DNA from: Thermodesulfobacteriota bacterium
GTDB lineage: Bacteria > Desulfobacterota_D > UBA1144 > Nemesobacterales > Nemesobacteraceae
Length of the DNA: 64,000 nucleotides
Direction of reading: 5' to 3'
Assembly (NCBI GenBank): GCA_965200595.1
Contig: CBDAUE010000008.1
Span: 97,859-161,858, forward strand
How positions within the stretch are numbered: the stretch's first letter is position 1; each line of letters opens with the position of its first letter. A program made the position numbers and the translations under genes. This document shows positions 37,924 through 49,000 of the stretch, piece after piece. The notes beneath the pieces were generated by a model. That model did no database searches. It saw nothing but the letters and a program-made list of their open reading frames with translations, and was not told the origin of the DNA.

Positions 37924-39174
37924 ATGGAAGTAGGAGTGATCATAGGAGGCGTAATTGTAGTCGCCCTATTTACCATATTCGGAATCATCAAGTCAAACCT
38001 CCACCTGTGCCAGCCTAATGAGGCCCTGATTTTTAGTGGTCGAAAGCGAACACTGGAAGATGGTACGCCAGTAGGGTACCGCATTGTTCAGGGTGGGCGC
38101 GGTTTTAAAATTCCCCTGGTAGAAAGGGTTGACCGAATACAGCTCAACACCATTCCAATCGACCTCACGGTATCCAATGCCTACTCGAAGGGGGGTATTC
38201 CGTTAACGGTGCGTGCAATAGCAAATGTTAAAGTGGCTTCCAATGAGATTGAGTTGGCCAATGCTGTCGAACGACTGCTCGGAAAGGGGCTTGGAGAAAT
38301 TGAAGAGATCGCCAAGGAAACCCTTGAAGGCAATTTGCGCGGTGTGCTTGCCACCCTAACACCTGAGGAGGTCAACGAGGACAGGCTGAAATTCGGCAAG
38401 GAGCTTCTGGATGAAGCAGACTCGGATCTGAGCAACCTGGGGCTGCAGCTCGATACGATGAAGATTCAGAGCGTAGAGGACGAGGTAGGCTACCTTGATG
38501 CCATAGGACGACAGCAGACCGCACATATTATTGCAGCCGCAAGGGTTGCTGAGGCTGAAAAGAAAGAAGAAGCAAGGCTGGCAGAGTCACATGCCGAAAA
38601 AGCTATTGAGACGGCTGAAAATGAAGTCAGGGTACTAAAAGCCAAGTTAGCAGCAGAAGCTCGGGCGGAAGAAGCACGCATAGAGGTGGCAGCTTCAGTT
38701 TCTGAGGCTCAAGCGAAACAGGAGCTCGCTGAAGAAGAGATCAAGCTTTCCGAAAAACGTGTCCGAGCCCAGGTGGTCGTTTCTGCGGAAGCAGAGAGAG
38801 AAGCGAAGGAGCAGGTCGCCAAAGGGAATGCAGCACGAATCCTTGAAGACGGAAAGGCAGAAGTGGAAGTGCTAAGGCAAAAACTTCAGCTCTGGGTTGA
38901 CGCTGGCCCCGATGCCGAACGCCTGTTTCTGATCCAGATGCTTCCGGATATCCTGAGTCAAGTAGTCAAGACCGTAGACAGTTTGGAAATTGACAAACTG
39001 ACTGTAGTGGACAGTGGGCAGGGCACGGGGGTGCCAGCGGTTTTTAACCAGATCGCCGGAGCAACTCCTGCGCTACTGGAAAGCCTCAAGGCTTCCACCG
39101 GTATCGACGTAGCAGGAATGCTACGTCGGGCTTCGATCACTAACGGGGAATCAGCAGACACAGAAAGCGGCTGA
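37924..39174 (+). CDS. Flotillin-like SPFH/band-7 domain protein (YqiK-like)
   Basis: 416 aa with an N-terminal TM, an SPFH domain (NEALIFSGRKR...GGRGFKIPLVERV), a long Ala/Glu-rich coiled coil with EA repeats, and a C-terminal flotillin tail. Confidence 0.8.
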   Translation: MEVGVIIGGVIVVALFTIFGIIKSNLHLCQPNEALIFSGRKRTLEDGTPVGYRIVQGGRGFKIPLVERVDRIQLNTIPIDLTVSNAYSKGGIPLTVRAIANVKVASNEIELANAVERLLGKGLGEIEEIAKETLEGNLRGVLATLTPEEVNEDRLKFGKELLDEADSDLSNLGLQLDTMKIQSVEDEVGYLDAIGRQQTAHIIAAARVAEAEKKEEARLAESHAEKAIETAENEVRVLKAKLAAEARAEEARIEVAASVSEAQAKQELAEEEIKLSEKRVRAQVVVSAEAEREAKEQVAKGNAARILEDGKAEVEVLRQKLQLWVDAGPDAERLFLIQMLPDILSQVVKTVDSLEIDKLTVVDSGQGTGVPAVFNQIAGATPALLESLKASTGIDVAGMLRRASITNGESADTESG

Positions 39175-39176
39175 GC

Positions 39177-41873
39177 CTATTCCTGTTCGTTACCGTCTGC
39201 GTCGATAATACTGATCGTACCCCCTGCAAAGGCACGCAGGTCTGATTCCAGCGCCTTACGATCGCCAACAACCACCCAGATCAGCCGGTCGGGACGTAGC
39301 CACTTTCGGGCGGCTTCAGCTACCTGATCGACATCCAGGTCCCTTACACGGTCAGCATAGGTGTGGAAATAGTCATCGGGTAAGTGGTTCTGGACGATAC
39401 TGCCCAGAGAAGCGGAAACGTCTTCCATAGTTTCCCATTCCCCTGCCAGAGACAGCGTTAAGTTTTGTCTTGTTTTGTGAACCTCATCTTTGGTAGGTGG
39501 ACGCTCACCACGAATATCTTTCAGCTCGCGATAGATCTCCTTCATCGCGTCTATGGTCTTGTCCGCCTGAACAGACGTATGCACGATAAATGGTCGTGGA
39601 CCTCTGGTGGTAGTGATCCTAGATCCGGCACCATAGGTCCAGCCCTTATCCTCCCGGAGGTTCAGGTTGATTCGGGAAGTAAAAGAGCCTCCTAAGATGC
39701 TATTCATTGAGACAAGTGCAAGATGATTCGAATCATTACGAGGCGGCATGATATGTCCCGCAATGACTATTGACTGTACTGAACCGGGGCGATCAACGAG
39801 ATAGACCGAGGGCTCGTTACGATGTGAAACCTCAGCAATATTCTTCCGGGGTACCGGCGTAGCCTGCCATCCGGAGAATCTGCTTTCCAACACAGGTAGA
39901 ATCTTGTCGAGGGTGGTATCACCGACCACGACTAATGTAGCGCATGAAGAACTGAACCACGTGTTGTGAAAAGAGACTATGCCGTCACGGGTAAGCTTTA
40001 GGGTTGAGTCTATCGTACCGCTGCCAGACATCGGGATGCTATAAGCATGCCCTTCTCCGTAAAGCAGTTTGGGAAACACGCGCATCACCATGCCTTTAGG
40101 GGTAGACTTCTCATTCTGGATGTAAGCGAGCTGCTGTTGCTTCGCCAGCGCAAACTCATTTTCAGGAAAAGAAGGCTGGAACAGGATTTCAGTAAAGATG
40201 TCCAGAGACTCTTCCAGTCGATCAGTCACAGAATGAAGGTCAATTATATGACCATCAACGGTTATCGCCACTCCTACGGATGCACCCAAGAGCATTGTGT
40301 GGTCGTTGATTTCCATAGAATTGAGTCGCTTGGTACCTTTCTTCAGGAGGTTTCCGGCGAGCGATGCAGTACCAAGGGTGCCATTATGATCTGCGGCATA
40401 GCCGATGTCCAGATGAAGCGTAGTGTCCACCATAGGCACAGTATTACGCTCAACAAATAGTATGGGAATACCATTCGATAGCGAACCGCGCTTAACATCA
40501 GGAAACCTTACGTCAGGTGGGGTGGAGATTTCTGGGAGCCGGTCGCGACTGACTCCCGTAGTCGTAGATTTGGGAGATCCGTAAGGATGAGTTTCCAGTA
40601 CGTAAGCGCCATCCTGCAGCCATCGTGCTGCAGCAGCACGGATGCTCTCAGGTGTGGCATTGCCATGATGCTCGAGTAACCTTTTGTAGGCGCCAGGGTT
40701 ATTGTGGTACATCATTCCGCTCGCCAGGATAGATGATTTTCCACCGAATCCACCAATTTTTTCCGTTCCCCGAACAGCGGATACCTCAAGTCCGGCAATG
40801 GTCCGGCGAAGTTCATGTTCAGTAGGTCCTTCAGAGAGAAATTGCTGAAGTACATTGTCAATCCCGGATTCAAGCTTCTTCAGGTCGCCGCCGGGATAAA
40901 CAAGCCCATCGATGATAAACTGACTGCCAATTTCCCCACTTCTTACATCGGCAGATGCATGAATGGCAATTTGGTCTTTATACACCAGTTGTTTATGAAG
41001 ACGAGAGGTGACTCCAATGCTCAGAATAAATCCAGCCAGCGCCAAAGAGTCATGGTCATCGGAATCAGTTTCCGGAACATTCCAGACCTTCGTCAGCCGT
41101 CCCTGCGGCACACGGTCCTGGATGATTTCCCGTTGCTCTCCAAACCGTGGGGCTATCCATGATTTGAATCCCCCTACCGGAGGGCCGGGTGGAATATCAC
41201 CGAAGTATTGTTCGACAAGATCCTGCGCTTCCGGAGGTGTAATATTTCCGACAAGGGCCAAAACCGCGTTGTTGGGGCCGTAATAGGACTTGAACCAATC
41301 GTGAACGTCTTCGACAGTGGCGGCATCGATATCCTCCATGGAGCCAATGACAGTATGATCGTATGGATGCCCCTTGGGATAAGTGGCATTGACAATATGA
41401 TCCTGTATCCGTCCATAGGGCTGGTTCTGACCCTGCCGCTTTTCATTTTTTACCACATCGCGCTGTTCGTCCAGCTTCGCCTGGTCTATTGCTCCGAGAA
41501 GGTGACCCATACGATCAGACTCCATCCATAGTGTGAGTTCCAGCGCGTTGCGCGGGACAGTTTGGAAGTAGTTCGTTCGGTCTTGGTTCGTGGTACCGTT
41601 GAGCTCAGTAGCCCCCACGCGCTCCATGGCCTGGAAATAGTCATCGTTAAAATGCTCCGACCCGTTGAACATGAGGTGCTCAAAGAGATGGGCGAAACCG
41701 CTTTTTCCAGCCGGCTCATTTTTTGATCCGACGTGGTACCAGACATTGACCGCTACAACGGGTGCCTTGTGATCTTCATGCACTACGACCCTTAGTCCGT
41801 TGCCAAGAACAAAAGTCTGGTATTCTATTTCGGGAATTATCATCAGAATTTGATAAAACATACTAATCCCCAC
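39177..41873 (-). CDS. M16-family (pitrilysin/insulinase-like) zinc peptidase, double-length (two M16 units). No obvious signal peptide.
   Basis: 898 aa with an inverted zinc-binding motif HLFEHLMFNGSEHF (HxxEH). The C-terminal half is an M16 inactive domain repeat. It is a paralog of the next gene. Confidence 0.85.
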   Translation of the reverse strand: MGISMFYQILMIIPEIEYQTFVLGNGLRVVVHEDHKAPVVAVNVWYHVGSKNEPAGKSGFAHLFEHLMFNGSEHFNDDYFQAMERVGATELNGTTNQDRTNYFQTVPRNALELTLWMESDRMGHLLGAIDQAKLDEQRDVVKNEKRQGQNQPYGRIQDHIVNATYPKGHPYDHTVIGSMEDIDAATVEDVHDWFKSYYGPNNAVLALVGNITPPEAQDLVEQYFGDIPPGPPVGGFKSWIAPRFGEQREIIQDRVPQGRLTKVWNVPETDSDDHDSLALAGFILSIGVTSRLHKQLVYKDQIAIHASADVRSGEIGSQFIIDGLVYPGGDLKKLESGIDNVLQQFLSEGPTEHELRRTIAGLEVSAVRGTEKIGGFGGKSSILASGMMYHNNPGAYKRLLEHHGNATPESIRAAAARWLQDGAYVLETHPYGSPKSTTTGVSRDRLPEISTPPDVRFPDVKRGSLSNGIPILFVERNTVPMVDTTLHLDIGYAADHNGTLGTASLAGNLLKKGTKRLNSMEINDHTMLLGASVGVAITVDGHIIDLHSVTDRLEESLDIFTEILFQPSFPENEFALAKQQQLAYIQNEKSTPKGMVMRVFPKLLYGEGHAYSIPMSGSGTIDSTLKLTRDGIVSFHNTWFSSSCATLVVVGDTTLDKILPVLESRFSGWQATPVPRKNIAEVSHRNEPSVYLVDRPGSVQSIVIAGHIMPPRNDSNHLALVSMNSILGGSFTSRINLNLREDKGWTYGAGSRITTTRGPRPFIVHTSVQADKTIDAMKEIYRELKDIRGERPPTKDEVHKTRQNLTLSLAGEWETMEDVSASLGSIVQNHLPDDYFHTYADRVRDLDVDQVAEAARKWLRPDRLIWVVVGDRKALESDLRAFAGGTISIIDADGNEQE

Positions 41874-41929
41874 ACGCCTGCTTCAGACATGCGGGGAAAG
41901 TGCTAAGTGAGAAAAAAGAATACTAAGAC

Positions 41930-44701
41930 CTAATCTGCGATAGGGTTACCGTCAGAATCGAGAAAGTGAATTTGACCAAGATCCAGGGCACGAATATCTT
42001 CTTCTATGAGCGATCGGTCACCAACGATGATCCAGATAAGGTTGTCGGGTTTGATCACCTCATGGGCAGCATGGGTCACCTGTTCTACATTTAGGCCACG
42101 AACCAGCGAGGTATAAGTGTCATAATAGTCTTCAGGGAGATCGTATTGAATCATGGTGGAGATACTCCCCAGAACGGCCGAATTGGTCTCCCACTGCCCA
42201 GGAAGGGTTAGGGTAAGCGTCTCCTGTGACTTGAGAACCTCGTCTTCAGTCGGTGGGTTGTCTCCAAGAATGCCATTGAGTTCTTTCAAAAGCTCTGCAA
42301 TAGAATCATCGGTCTTATCGGTCTGAACAGGAGCAAACACAATAAATGGACGCTGCCCCCTGGCATTGAGCAATAGGGAAGACACCCCATAGGACCATCC
42401 CTTCTCCTCGCGCAGATTCATGTTGATTCTGGAAACAAAAGTGCCGCCCAGGAGCGTGTTCATCGTTTGAATTGCCAGGTTGTTCGGCGTATTTCTTGGA
42501 GGGGCGACATGTCCGGCTAAAATGATCGATTGCTCAGCACCCGGACGATCCATCAGGTATACTACTGTTTCATCCTTGTGGCCAACCATGGCGATGTTTT
42601 TCTCGGGAACCGTGCCGGATTCCCAACTCCCAAAGCTCGATTCAAGCATGGGCACAACCTCATCGAGGCTGATGTCACCTACGACGACAAGGGTAGCATT
42701 GTTGGGACGAAACCACGTCTGGTGGAAGCTGATAAGATCATCCCGGGTGAGTGCGGAAACAGAAGCCACATTGCCGCTGCCCTGGTAGGGATTGCTGTAG
42801 GCATGGCCTTCACCATAGAGGATTTTCGGGAAGACTCGCAGCGCTAACTGGACGGGAGAAGCTTTTTGCGCCTGAATACCTGCTAGAGTCTGTTGCTTGA
42901 GCCTGTCCAGATCTTCCTGTGGAAACGAAGGGTTCAGCACTACATCCGCATACAGGTCCAGCGTAGGTGCCAGATTGTCAGTAAGGGAAGACAACGAAAC
43001 AGTAGAGCCGTCTACGGAGGAACCTGTCGAAATCGAAGACCCCAGATTGGCCAGGTGCTCGTTGATTTGCAGAGAAGTCATGCTGGTGGTCCCTTCATCG
43101 AGCATGTTGAGCGTGAGGCTTGCGGTGCCAGGGGTGGAATGCTGATCTGCAGCATAGCCTGCATCGAGGATCATGGTGATATCCACGATCGGGGTGGCTT
43201 GACGTTCGACCAGTAGGACGTTGATGCCATTCGATAGCGTAGCGCTTTCTACTTGTGGAAAGACCGCATCCGCGGGGGATTCAACAGCAGGAAGTTCGCT
43301 TCGATCGGCGCCTTCAGATGATGCATTCAGCGGAGGGAATGGATGGACTTCGATTGCGTAGACACCGTCAGAAAGCCAGCGCATGGCGGTCTCACGCACG
43401 GACTCAGGGGTAGCGGCGTCTTTATGAAAAAATTCGGTTTTATAGGCGTCCGGTGTGCCGCCGTACACCTCACTATAGGCGAGGATATCGGATTTTCCTC
43501 CAAACCCGCCTATTCGTTCAATACCCCGAATAAAGTCGGCTTTATCCTGAGTGATAACCCTGTCGAGCTCGGCTTGGGTGGGGCCCTCAGTAAGGAAGCG
43601 AGCCATTTCTTCATCCAGCGCAGCTTCTACGGCGCCAAGATCCGCGCCGGGCTGTGCCGTGCCGACAATGATAAACTGACTGCCAATCTCGCCACCGCTT
43701 ACAAAAGCAGAAACAGAGGTAGCAGTCTGTTCGGTGTAAACCAAGCGCTCATAGAAGCGGGAGGTTTTTCCGCTGGCGAGAACGGAAGAAGCAAGATCCA
43801 GCAAGTGATAGTCTTCAGAATAGATTTCCGGAACGTTCCAGACTTTGTAGATGCGAGCTTGCGGAACGCGATCCTGCATAATCTCACGCTGTTGGCCGGA
43901 GCGTTTAGCCACCCACGTGTCAAAATGCATTACCGGCGGCCCCGGAGGGATGTCTCCGAAGTATTGTTCGGCCAGATTTTTTGCCTCCTGCGTGTCGATC
44001 GCTCCTGCGATAGATACCACTGCATTGTTGGGGCCGTAGAAAGCATTGAACCAGTCGTAAACATCTTCAAGGGAAGCAGCATTGAGGTCCTCCATTGAGC
44101 CAATGACGGTATGGGCATAGGGGTGGCCCTTTGGATAGGTAGCGTTGGTGATTCTGTTGAAAACTTGCCCGTAGGGTTGATTTTCTCCCTGACGTTTTTC
44201 ATTCTGGACTACGCCCCGCTGTTTATCCAGCTTATCCTGGTCGATGGCCCCCAGAAGGTGTCCCATGCGGTCGGACTCCATCCACAAAGCCAGATCGAGT
44301 GCATTTCTTGGAACGTTCTGAAAGTAATTGGTGCGGTCCTGGTTGGTGGTACCGTTCATATCGGTAGCACCGGCCCTTTCGAGTGGTTCAAAGTACTCGT
44401 AGTTATAGTTTTCGGTACCATTGAACATGAGATGCTCAAAGAGGTGAGCAAATCCGCTCCGGCCTTCGGGCTCGTTTTTTGAGCCGACGTGATACCAGAC
44501 GTTGACCGCTACGATCGGTGCCTTGTGATCCTCATGTACGATAAGTGTCAGACCATTATCCAGGGTGAACTTCTCGTAGGGGATCTCTGGAAGAGAAATA
44601 GGAAGAGAAGTCTCTTCCTGAGCTTTTACCGCAGGGATCAGCAGGACGAGACCCAGAAAAGCAAGGAGCAAGCGTTGCATGAACGAGGAAATAAATGTCA
44701 C
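41930..44701 (-). CDS. M16-family zinc peptidase, double-length, secreted (signal peptide MQRLLLAFLGLVLLIPAVKAQ)
   Basis: 923 aa with the HLFEHLMFNGTENY motif. It is about 55-60 % identical to 39177..41873 over the full length. Confidence 0.85.
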   Translation of the reverse strand: MTFISSFMQRLLLAFLGLVLLIPAVKAQEETSLPISLPEIPYEKFTLDNGLTLIVHEDHKAPIVAVNVWYHVGSKNEPEGRSGFAHLFEHLMFNGTENYNYEYFEPLERAGATDMNGTTNQDRTNYFQNVPRNALDLALWMESDRMGHLLGAIDQDKLDKQRGVVQNEKRQGENQPYGQVFNRITNATYPKGHPYAHTVIGSMEDLNAASLEDVYDWFNAFYGPNNAVVSIAGAIDTQEAKNLAEQYFGDIPPGPPVMHFDTWVAKRSGQQREIMQDRVPQARIYKVWNVPEIYSEDYHLLDLASSVLASGKTSRFYERLVYTEQTATSVSAFVSGGEIGSQFIIVGTAQPGADLGAVEAALDEEMARFLTEGPTQAELDRVITQDKADFIRGIERIGGFGGKSDILAYSEVYGGTPDAYKTEFFHKDAATPESVRETAMRWLSDGVYAIEVHPFPPLNASSEGADRSELPAVESPADAVFPQVESATLSNGINVLLVERQATPIVDITMILDAGYAADQHSTPGTASLTLNMLDEGTTSMTSLQINEHLANLGSSISTGSSVDGSTVSLSSLTDNLAPTLDLYADVVLNPSFPQEDLDRLKQQTLAGIQAQKASPVQLALRVFPKILYGEGHAYSNPYQGSGNVASVSALTRDDLISFHQTWFRPNNATLVVVGDISLDEVVPMLESSFGSWESGTVPEKNIAMVGHKDETVVYLMDRPGAEQSIILAGHVAPPRNTPNNLAIQTMNTLLGGTFVSRINMNLREEKGWSYGVSSLLLNARGQRPFIVFAPVQTDKTDDSIAELLKELNGILGDNPPTEDEVLKSQETLTLTLPGQWETNSAVLGSISTMIQYDLPEDYYDTYTSLVRGLNVEQVTHAAHEVIKPDNLIWIIVGDRSLIEEDIRALDLGQIHFLDSDGNPIAD

Positions 44702-44785
44702 AATACAAACGGGGTATACAGAAATTGGGCATAGTTGTTACGCAGTTAGCATGTTGCCAATAGCTGAAACGCATTGCCCCCGGCC

Positions 44786-45922
44786 TTATTCTTCGGAGCT
44801 TTCTCTCGCTTCGATAAACAGGGCGAGAATTTCATTGGCAAGTTGTCCCGGGATGCTGGCTGCAGTCAGGTTCGCATGGGTTGCGACTACCACACGTGCT
44901 TCCGGCTGCATGATGAGCATTGTGGATCCGCCAACAGAGCTACCGCCGTGCCAGTAGTAAGGACGCCCCGCACGCATTTCCGTAAACCATCCAAACCCGT
45001 ATCGGGTAGCTTCGCCGTTTGGAAGCGTGAGGCTGGTAAATAGGGTTTCTAGCGCAGCTTCGGACAGATATCCTTCCGTTAGGTGAGCATCCCCAAAATG
45101 CACCAGATCGATCACGCTGGAAAGAAGCCCACCACCGGCCCACTTGAGGCTGTTATCAACATAGGGGCCATTGATGAATGACCCTCCGGGGCTGCGCTCG
45201 TAAAAGCGCACTCGCTGGGTAATGAGACTGTCAGGGTAGTCAGCAGCTGTGTGTTCCAATCCTAATGGATCAAGAACCTCTTCTTCCAGCACTTGCAAAA
45301 AGGAGGCATTGGCGGCGCCTTCAATCACCGCGCTGACCAGATTCCACCCATAACTGGAATACAGGAACGCCGATCCCGGAGAATGCATCAATGTATCAGC
45401 AAGGAAGACCTGCAAGCCTTCTTCAACAGTTGCATACGGTTGGGTACTTAGGTACTCCTCACCTCTATAGTGTCGGATCCCTCCCAGATGCCCTGCAATC
45501 TGTCTTGTTGTTACCTCCCATCGTTTTTCGGGGAAATAGGAAACGTACTCCTGAACAGGTGCATTGATGTTGAGCTTTCCCTGATCCAACAGCCTCATGG
45601 CCGCAGCAGCGGCCATTGGCTTGGAGACACTTCCGATACGAAGCTTACTATAGGGTGTCATAGGTACTTGTTGCTCCAAATCAGCATATCCATAGCCATC
45701 AGACCAAACCACTTCTCCATCCACCATGACGGCGATAGCGAACCCCGGCACAGGATTCTCTGTCATCTGGGTTCGGATGAGTGCTTCTGAGGACCCTATG
45801 ACATCGTCATAATCCTGAGCGAATGCGGTGATACAGGAGAGCGTAAGGAATGGCAGCAGAAACCAGAGCAAGGATTTTTTCATCGCTGGCGGAAGTATGT
45901 ATATGGTGAAAATTCGCATCAA
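44786..45922 (-). CDS. Serine hydrolase of the beta-lactamase / penicillin-binding-protein superfamily (class C-like)
   Basis: 378 aa with a signal peptide, an SxxK motif (RIGSVSKPMAAAA) and a downstream Y-x-N-like motif. The likely start is the M at ~45880. Confidence 0.75.
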   Translation of the reverse strand: MMRIFTIYILPPAMKKSLLWFLLPFLTLSCITAFAQDYDDVIGSSEALIRTQMTENPVPGFAIAVMVDGEVVWSDGYGYADLEQQVPMTPYSKLRIGSVSKPMAAAAAMRLLDQGKLNINAPVQEYVSYFPEKRWEVTTRQIAGHLGGIRHYRGEEYLSTQPYATVEEGLQVFLADTLMHSPGSAFLYSSYGWNLVSAVIEGAANASFLQVLEEEVLDPLGLEHTAADYPDSLITQRVRFYERSPGGSFINGPYVDNSLKWAGGGLLSSVIDLVHFGDAHLTEGYLSEAALETLFTSLTLPNGEATRYGFGWFTEMRAGRPYYWHGGSSVGGSTMLIMQPEARVVVATHANLTAASIPGQLANEILALFIEARESSEE

Positions 45923-46017
45923 ATGAAAGCCCGTATTTCAAAGGATAGCGTAAGAGAATTTATTTTACCGCATTCCTGCTGGAACGTCGTAACTCTTTGG
46001 GTAAACAGTAAAATAAA

Positions 46018-49000
46018 ATGAGAAAAACCTCATTCGGGGCACCACTGCTACTGGCATTACTGATCATCGGATGTGGTAGTGATGTGCCGCAGCCGGGTTC
46101 GGTAGAGTACAGAGATTTTATTTCTGCCTTTTATTCGGGTGTGGCAGCCATGGAAGTTGGAGAAGATCTTCGCGCCGCAGCCAAACTTGAATATGTTACG
46201 GAGCTTGCTCCTCTTGAGCCTGCCGGATGGGCAAATCGGGCGCTGATGTCGATGCGTCGTGGTGAGATGGAAACAGCTAAAGCCCACCTGGCGGAGGCTT
46301 TGGCCGTTGATCCGGAGGGAACTTATGTCCCATACCTATCAGGTCTTATGGCACTGCGCGAAGGCCGCACAGAAGAGGGACAGCAATATTTAAGGGATGC
46401 GGTGGCAGCCGATAGTACCAACCTTCGCGCCTCGTATGCACTGTGGGAATCCCTGGGAGAAGACGATGTGGAATCTGCTGCTCTGCTCGCGGCAATGCGA
46501 CGCAGTGCTCCGGATAATCTTGTGTTACTTCTGGCAGATGTGCGACAGGGTGTGGCAAAGGGAGAACGCGGCAGTGCACAGTCCCTGATGAATCGCCTCT
46601 CTGCAGAAACAGCCCAGATGTTGGGAGACGCACTCCAATCCTCATCGGAAGGGGACGTTCAGAGCGCTACGATGCAGCTGAGCTTTCTGCGCAATGTGCT
46701 TTTGCAGGATCCGGTTTTTCGTCAGGACCTGCTTTCCGTGAGGGCCCCGGTGGAGGTGATCGCGTATCCGATGGTAGAATTTCGTCGCATTGAGGCACCA
46801 GCCCCAACTCCGGCAGCAAAGGACGACTCCCTAAGGTTTGAAACCTTTCCGCTCATGCAGGAAGCAATATCTGAGCAGTTGGTGGTGGCTCCTGTAGCAC
46901 TGGGTAATGGCATGTTGCCGGCTGTGTTTTTTACCGACGGCGATTCGCTGTTGACTGTTCGGGGCGAAGCATGGCCTTTTCCGGGCGTACCCAGTCGCCA
47001 TGCTATTCTTGGTGTTGATTACAACTTTGATTTTCGTACCGATTTAGGTCTTGTCGGAAGCGAGGGGCTGCGAATTCTCGCCCAGGATTCCACGGAAGCC
47101 TTTGCGGATGTGACATCGACGCTGGGGTTGGACACCCGCGTTCTGGAGAATGCCTATACAGGTATTTGGGCAGCTGACCTGGACCTGGAAGGGGATATGG
47201 ATTTGATTCTGGCAGCGGAGCGAGTACGATTGCTGCGCAACAATGGTGACGGTACCTTCATAGAGGTAGACTATTTCGGTGACCGTCCGGCGCCGGTTAA
47301 TTTTCTCTGGGCAGATATAGACAGTGACGGAGATTCCGATGCTGTTTGGCCGGATGAAGAAGGGGACTTGCACATCATGTTCAACGAGCGTCAGGCACGC
47401 TTTGCGGAATCAGATACTCCAGATGAAATAGGGCGTGTCGTTGACCTGGTGGCAACGGACAGTAATAGTGACGGAGTGATCGATCTGTTACTATTAACTG
47501 ACGGGGGTGAAGTCCGTAGGCTCCAATACCAGCTGGGCTGGTCTCTGGAAGGGTTGGGCAATGCTCCCGAAGGAGCAGACCGCATTCTGGCAGGAGATCT
47601 GGACAATAACGGAGGCGTGGACATCATCTTTTCCGGTTCTGGGGGAAGTACCGTTTGGTTGCAAGATGAAGACTATTCTTTTCATATCCATGACCAAACC
47701 ACTGAGGTGGAAGCGCAGGCCGTGGTAGCACTCTGGCGAGCGGGCACGCTGGATCTGGCAGGGCTTGACGAAAGTGGGCAGCCGGTGCGTGCAGAAGTGA
47801 TCTCCCCACAAGATTATCACTGGAAAGAAATTCGCCCCCGTGCGGCCGCTGCCGTTGGTGATCAGCGGATCAATGCCTTCGGGATAGGTGGTGAGGTAGA
47901 GATACGGGCCGGGGCACTGTACCAGAAGCAGCCTATTACCCAGCCTATCATTCATTTTGGGCTGGGTAATGATCTGTTGGCTGATGTGGTTCGAATTACC
48001 TGGCCCAATGGCACTGTGCAGGCGGAATTTGATGTCCAGTCCGGATCGGTTATTTCTGCCCAGCAGCGACTGTCGGGTTCGTGCCCATGGCTGTTTGCCT
48101 ATGACGGTACTGAGATGCAGTTTGTTACGGACTTTATCTGGCGCTCTCCCCTTGGGCTAGCGATCAATGCGCAGGAGACCGCTGGGGTGATGACTACGGA
48201 GGACTGGGTCAAAATACGGGGAGATCAGCTTCAACCCAAAAACGGCAATTATGACGTTCGAATTACCGGTGAGCTATGGGAGTCGCACTTTTTTGACCAC
48301 ATCTATCTGATGGTGGTAGACCATCCCGTGGATACAGAAATATTTCTTGATGAGCGGTTTGCATTTCCTCCCCCAGAATTTTCCGTTCAGGTCACGCAGC
48401 CCTTGCAGTCTCTGGTAAGCGTGATAACAGATACCGGAGAAGATGCCTCTGAAAGGGTTAGTGAGATGGATGCGCAGTATCTGGACTTCTTTGGTCGAGG
48501 AAATTACCAGGGCATTACCAGAGACCATTACATAGAATTGGATTTTGGTCCGGACTTACCGGAATCTTCCTGGCTGGTCGCTAACGGGTGGCTACGTCCT
48601 ACGGACAGCTCGATAAATGTCGCCATCAGCCATGGCACTCAGCCACCACCCAGCCCCTTGCGTATAGACGTGCTCCGCGAGAATGGAAATTGGGAAACAG
48701 TATATCCCAACCTCGGCTTTCCGTCCGGCAAGACAAAAACGATATTGATAGATCTGGAGGGCATCTTCGCAAGCAATGATCCACGCCGCATTCGACTCCA
48801 TACTAACCTCGAAATATTCTGGGATGCGCTCCATTGGGCGGCAAAAGCGTCATCGGAAGAAGCCCAGATCACCCCGGTTGCTCCAGGGTCGGCTCACTTG
48901 CGCTACCGAGGATTTTCCAGGGCCGAGGAGGCTGACAGATCATCTCCGGAGCTCCCGGAATACGGAGTCCTGGAGGGAACCGCCCCTATCTGGCGTGACC

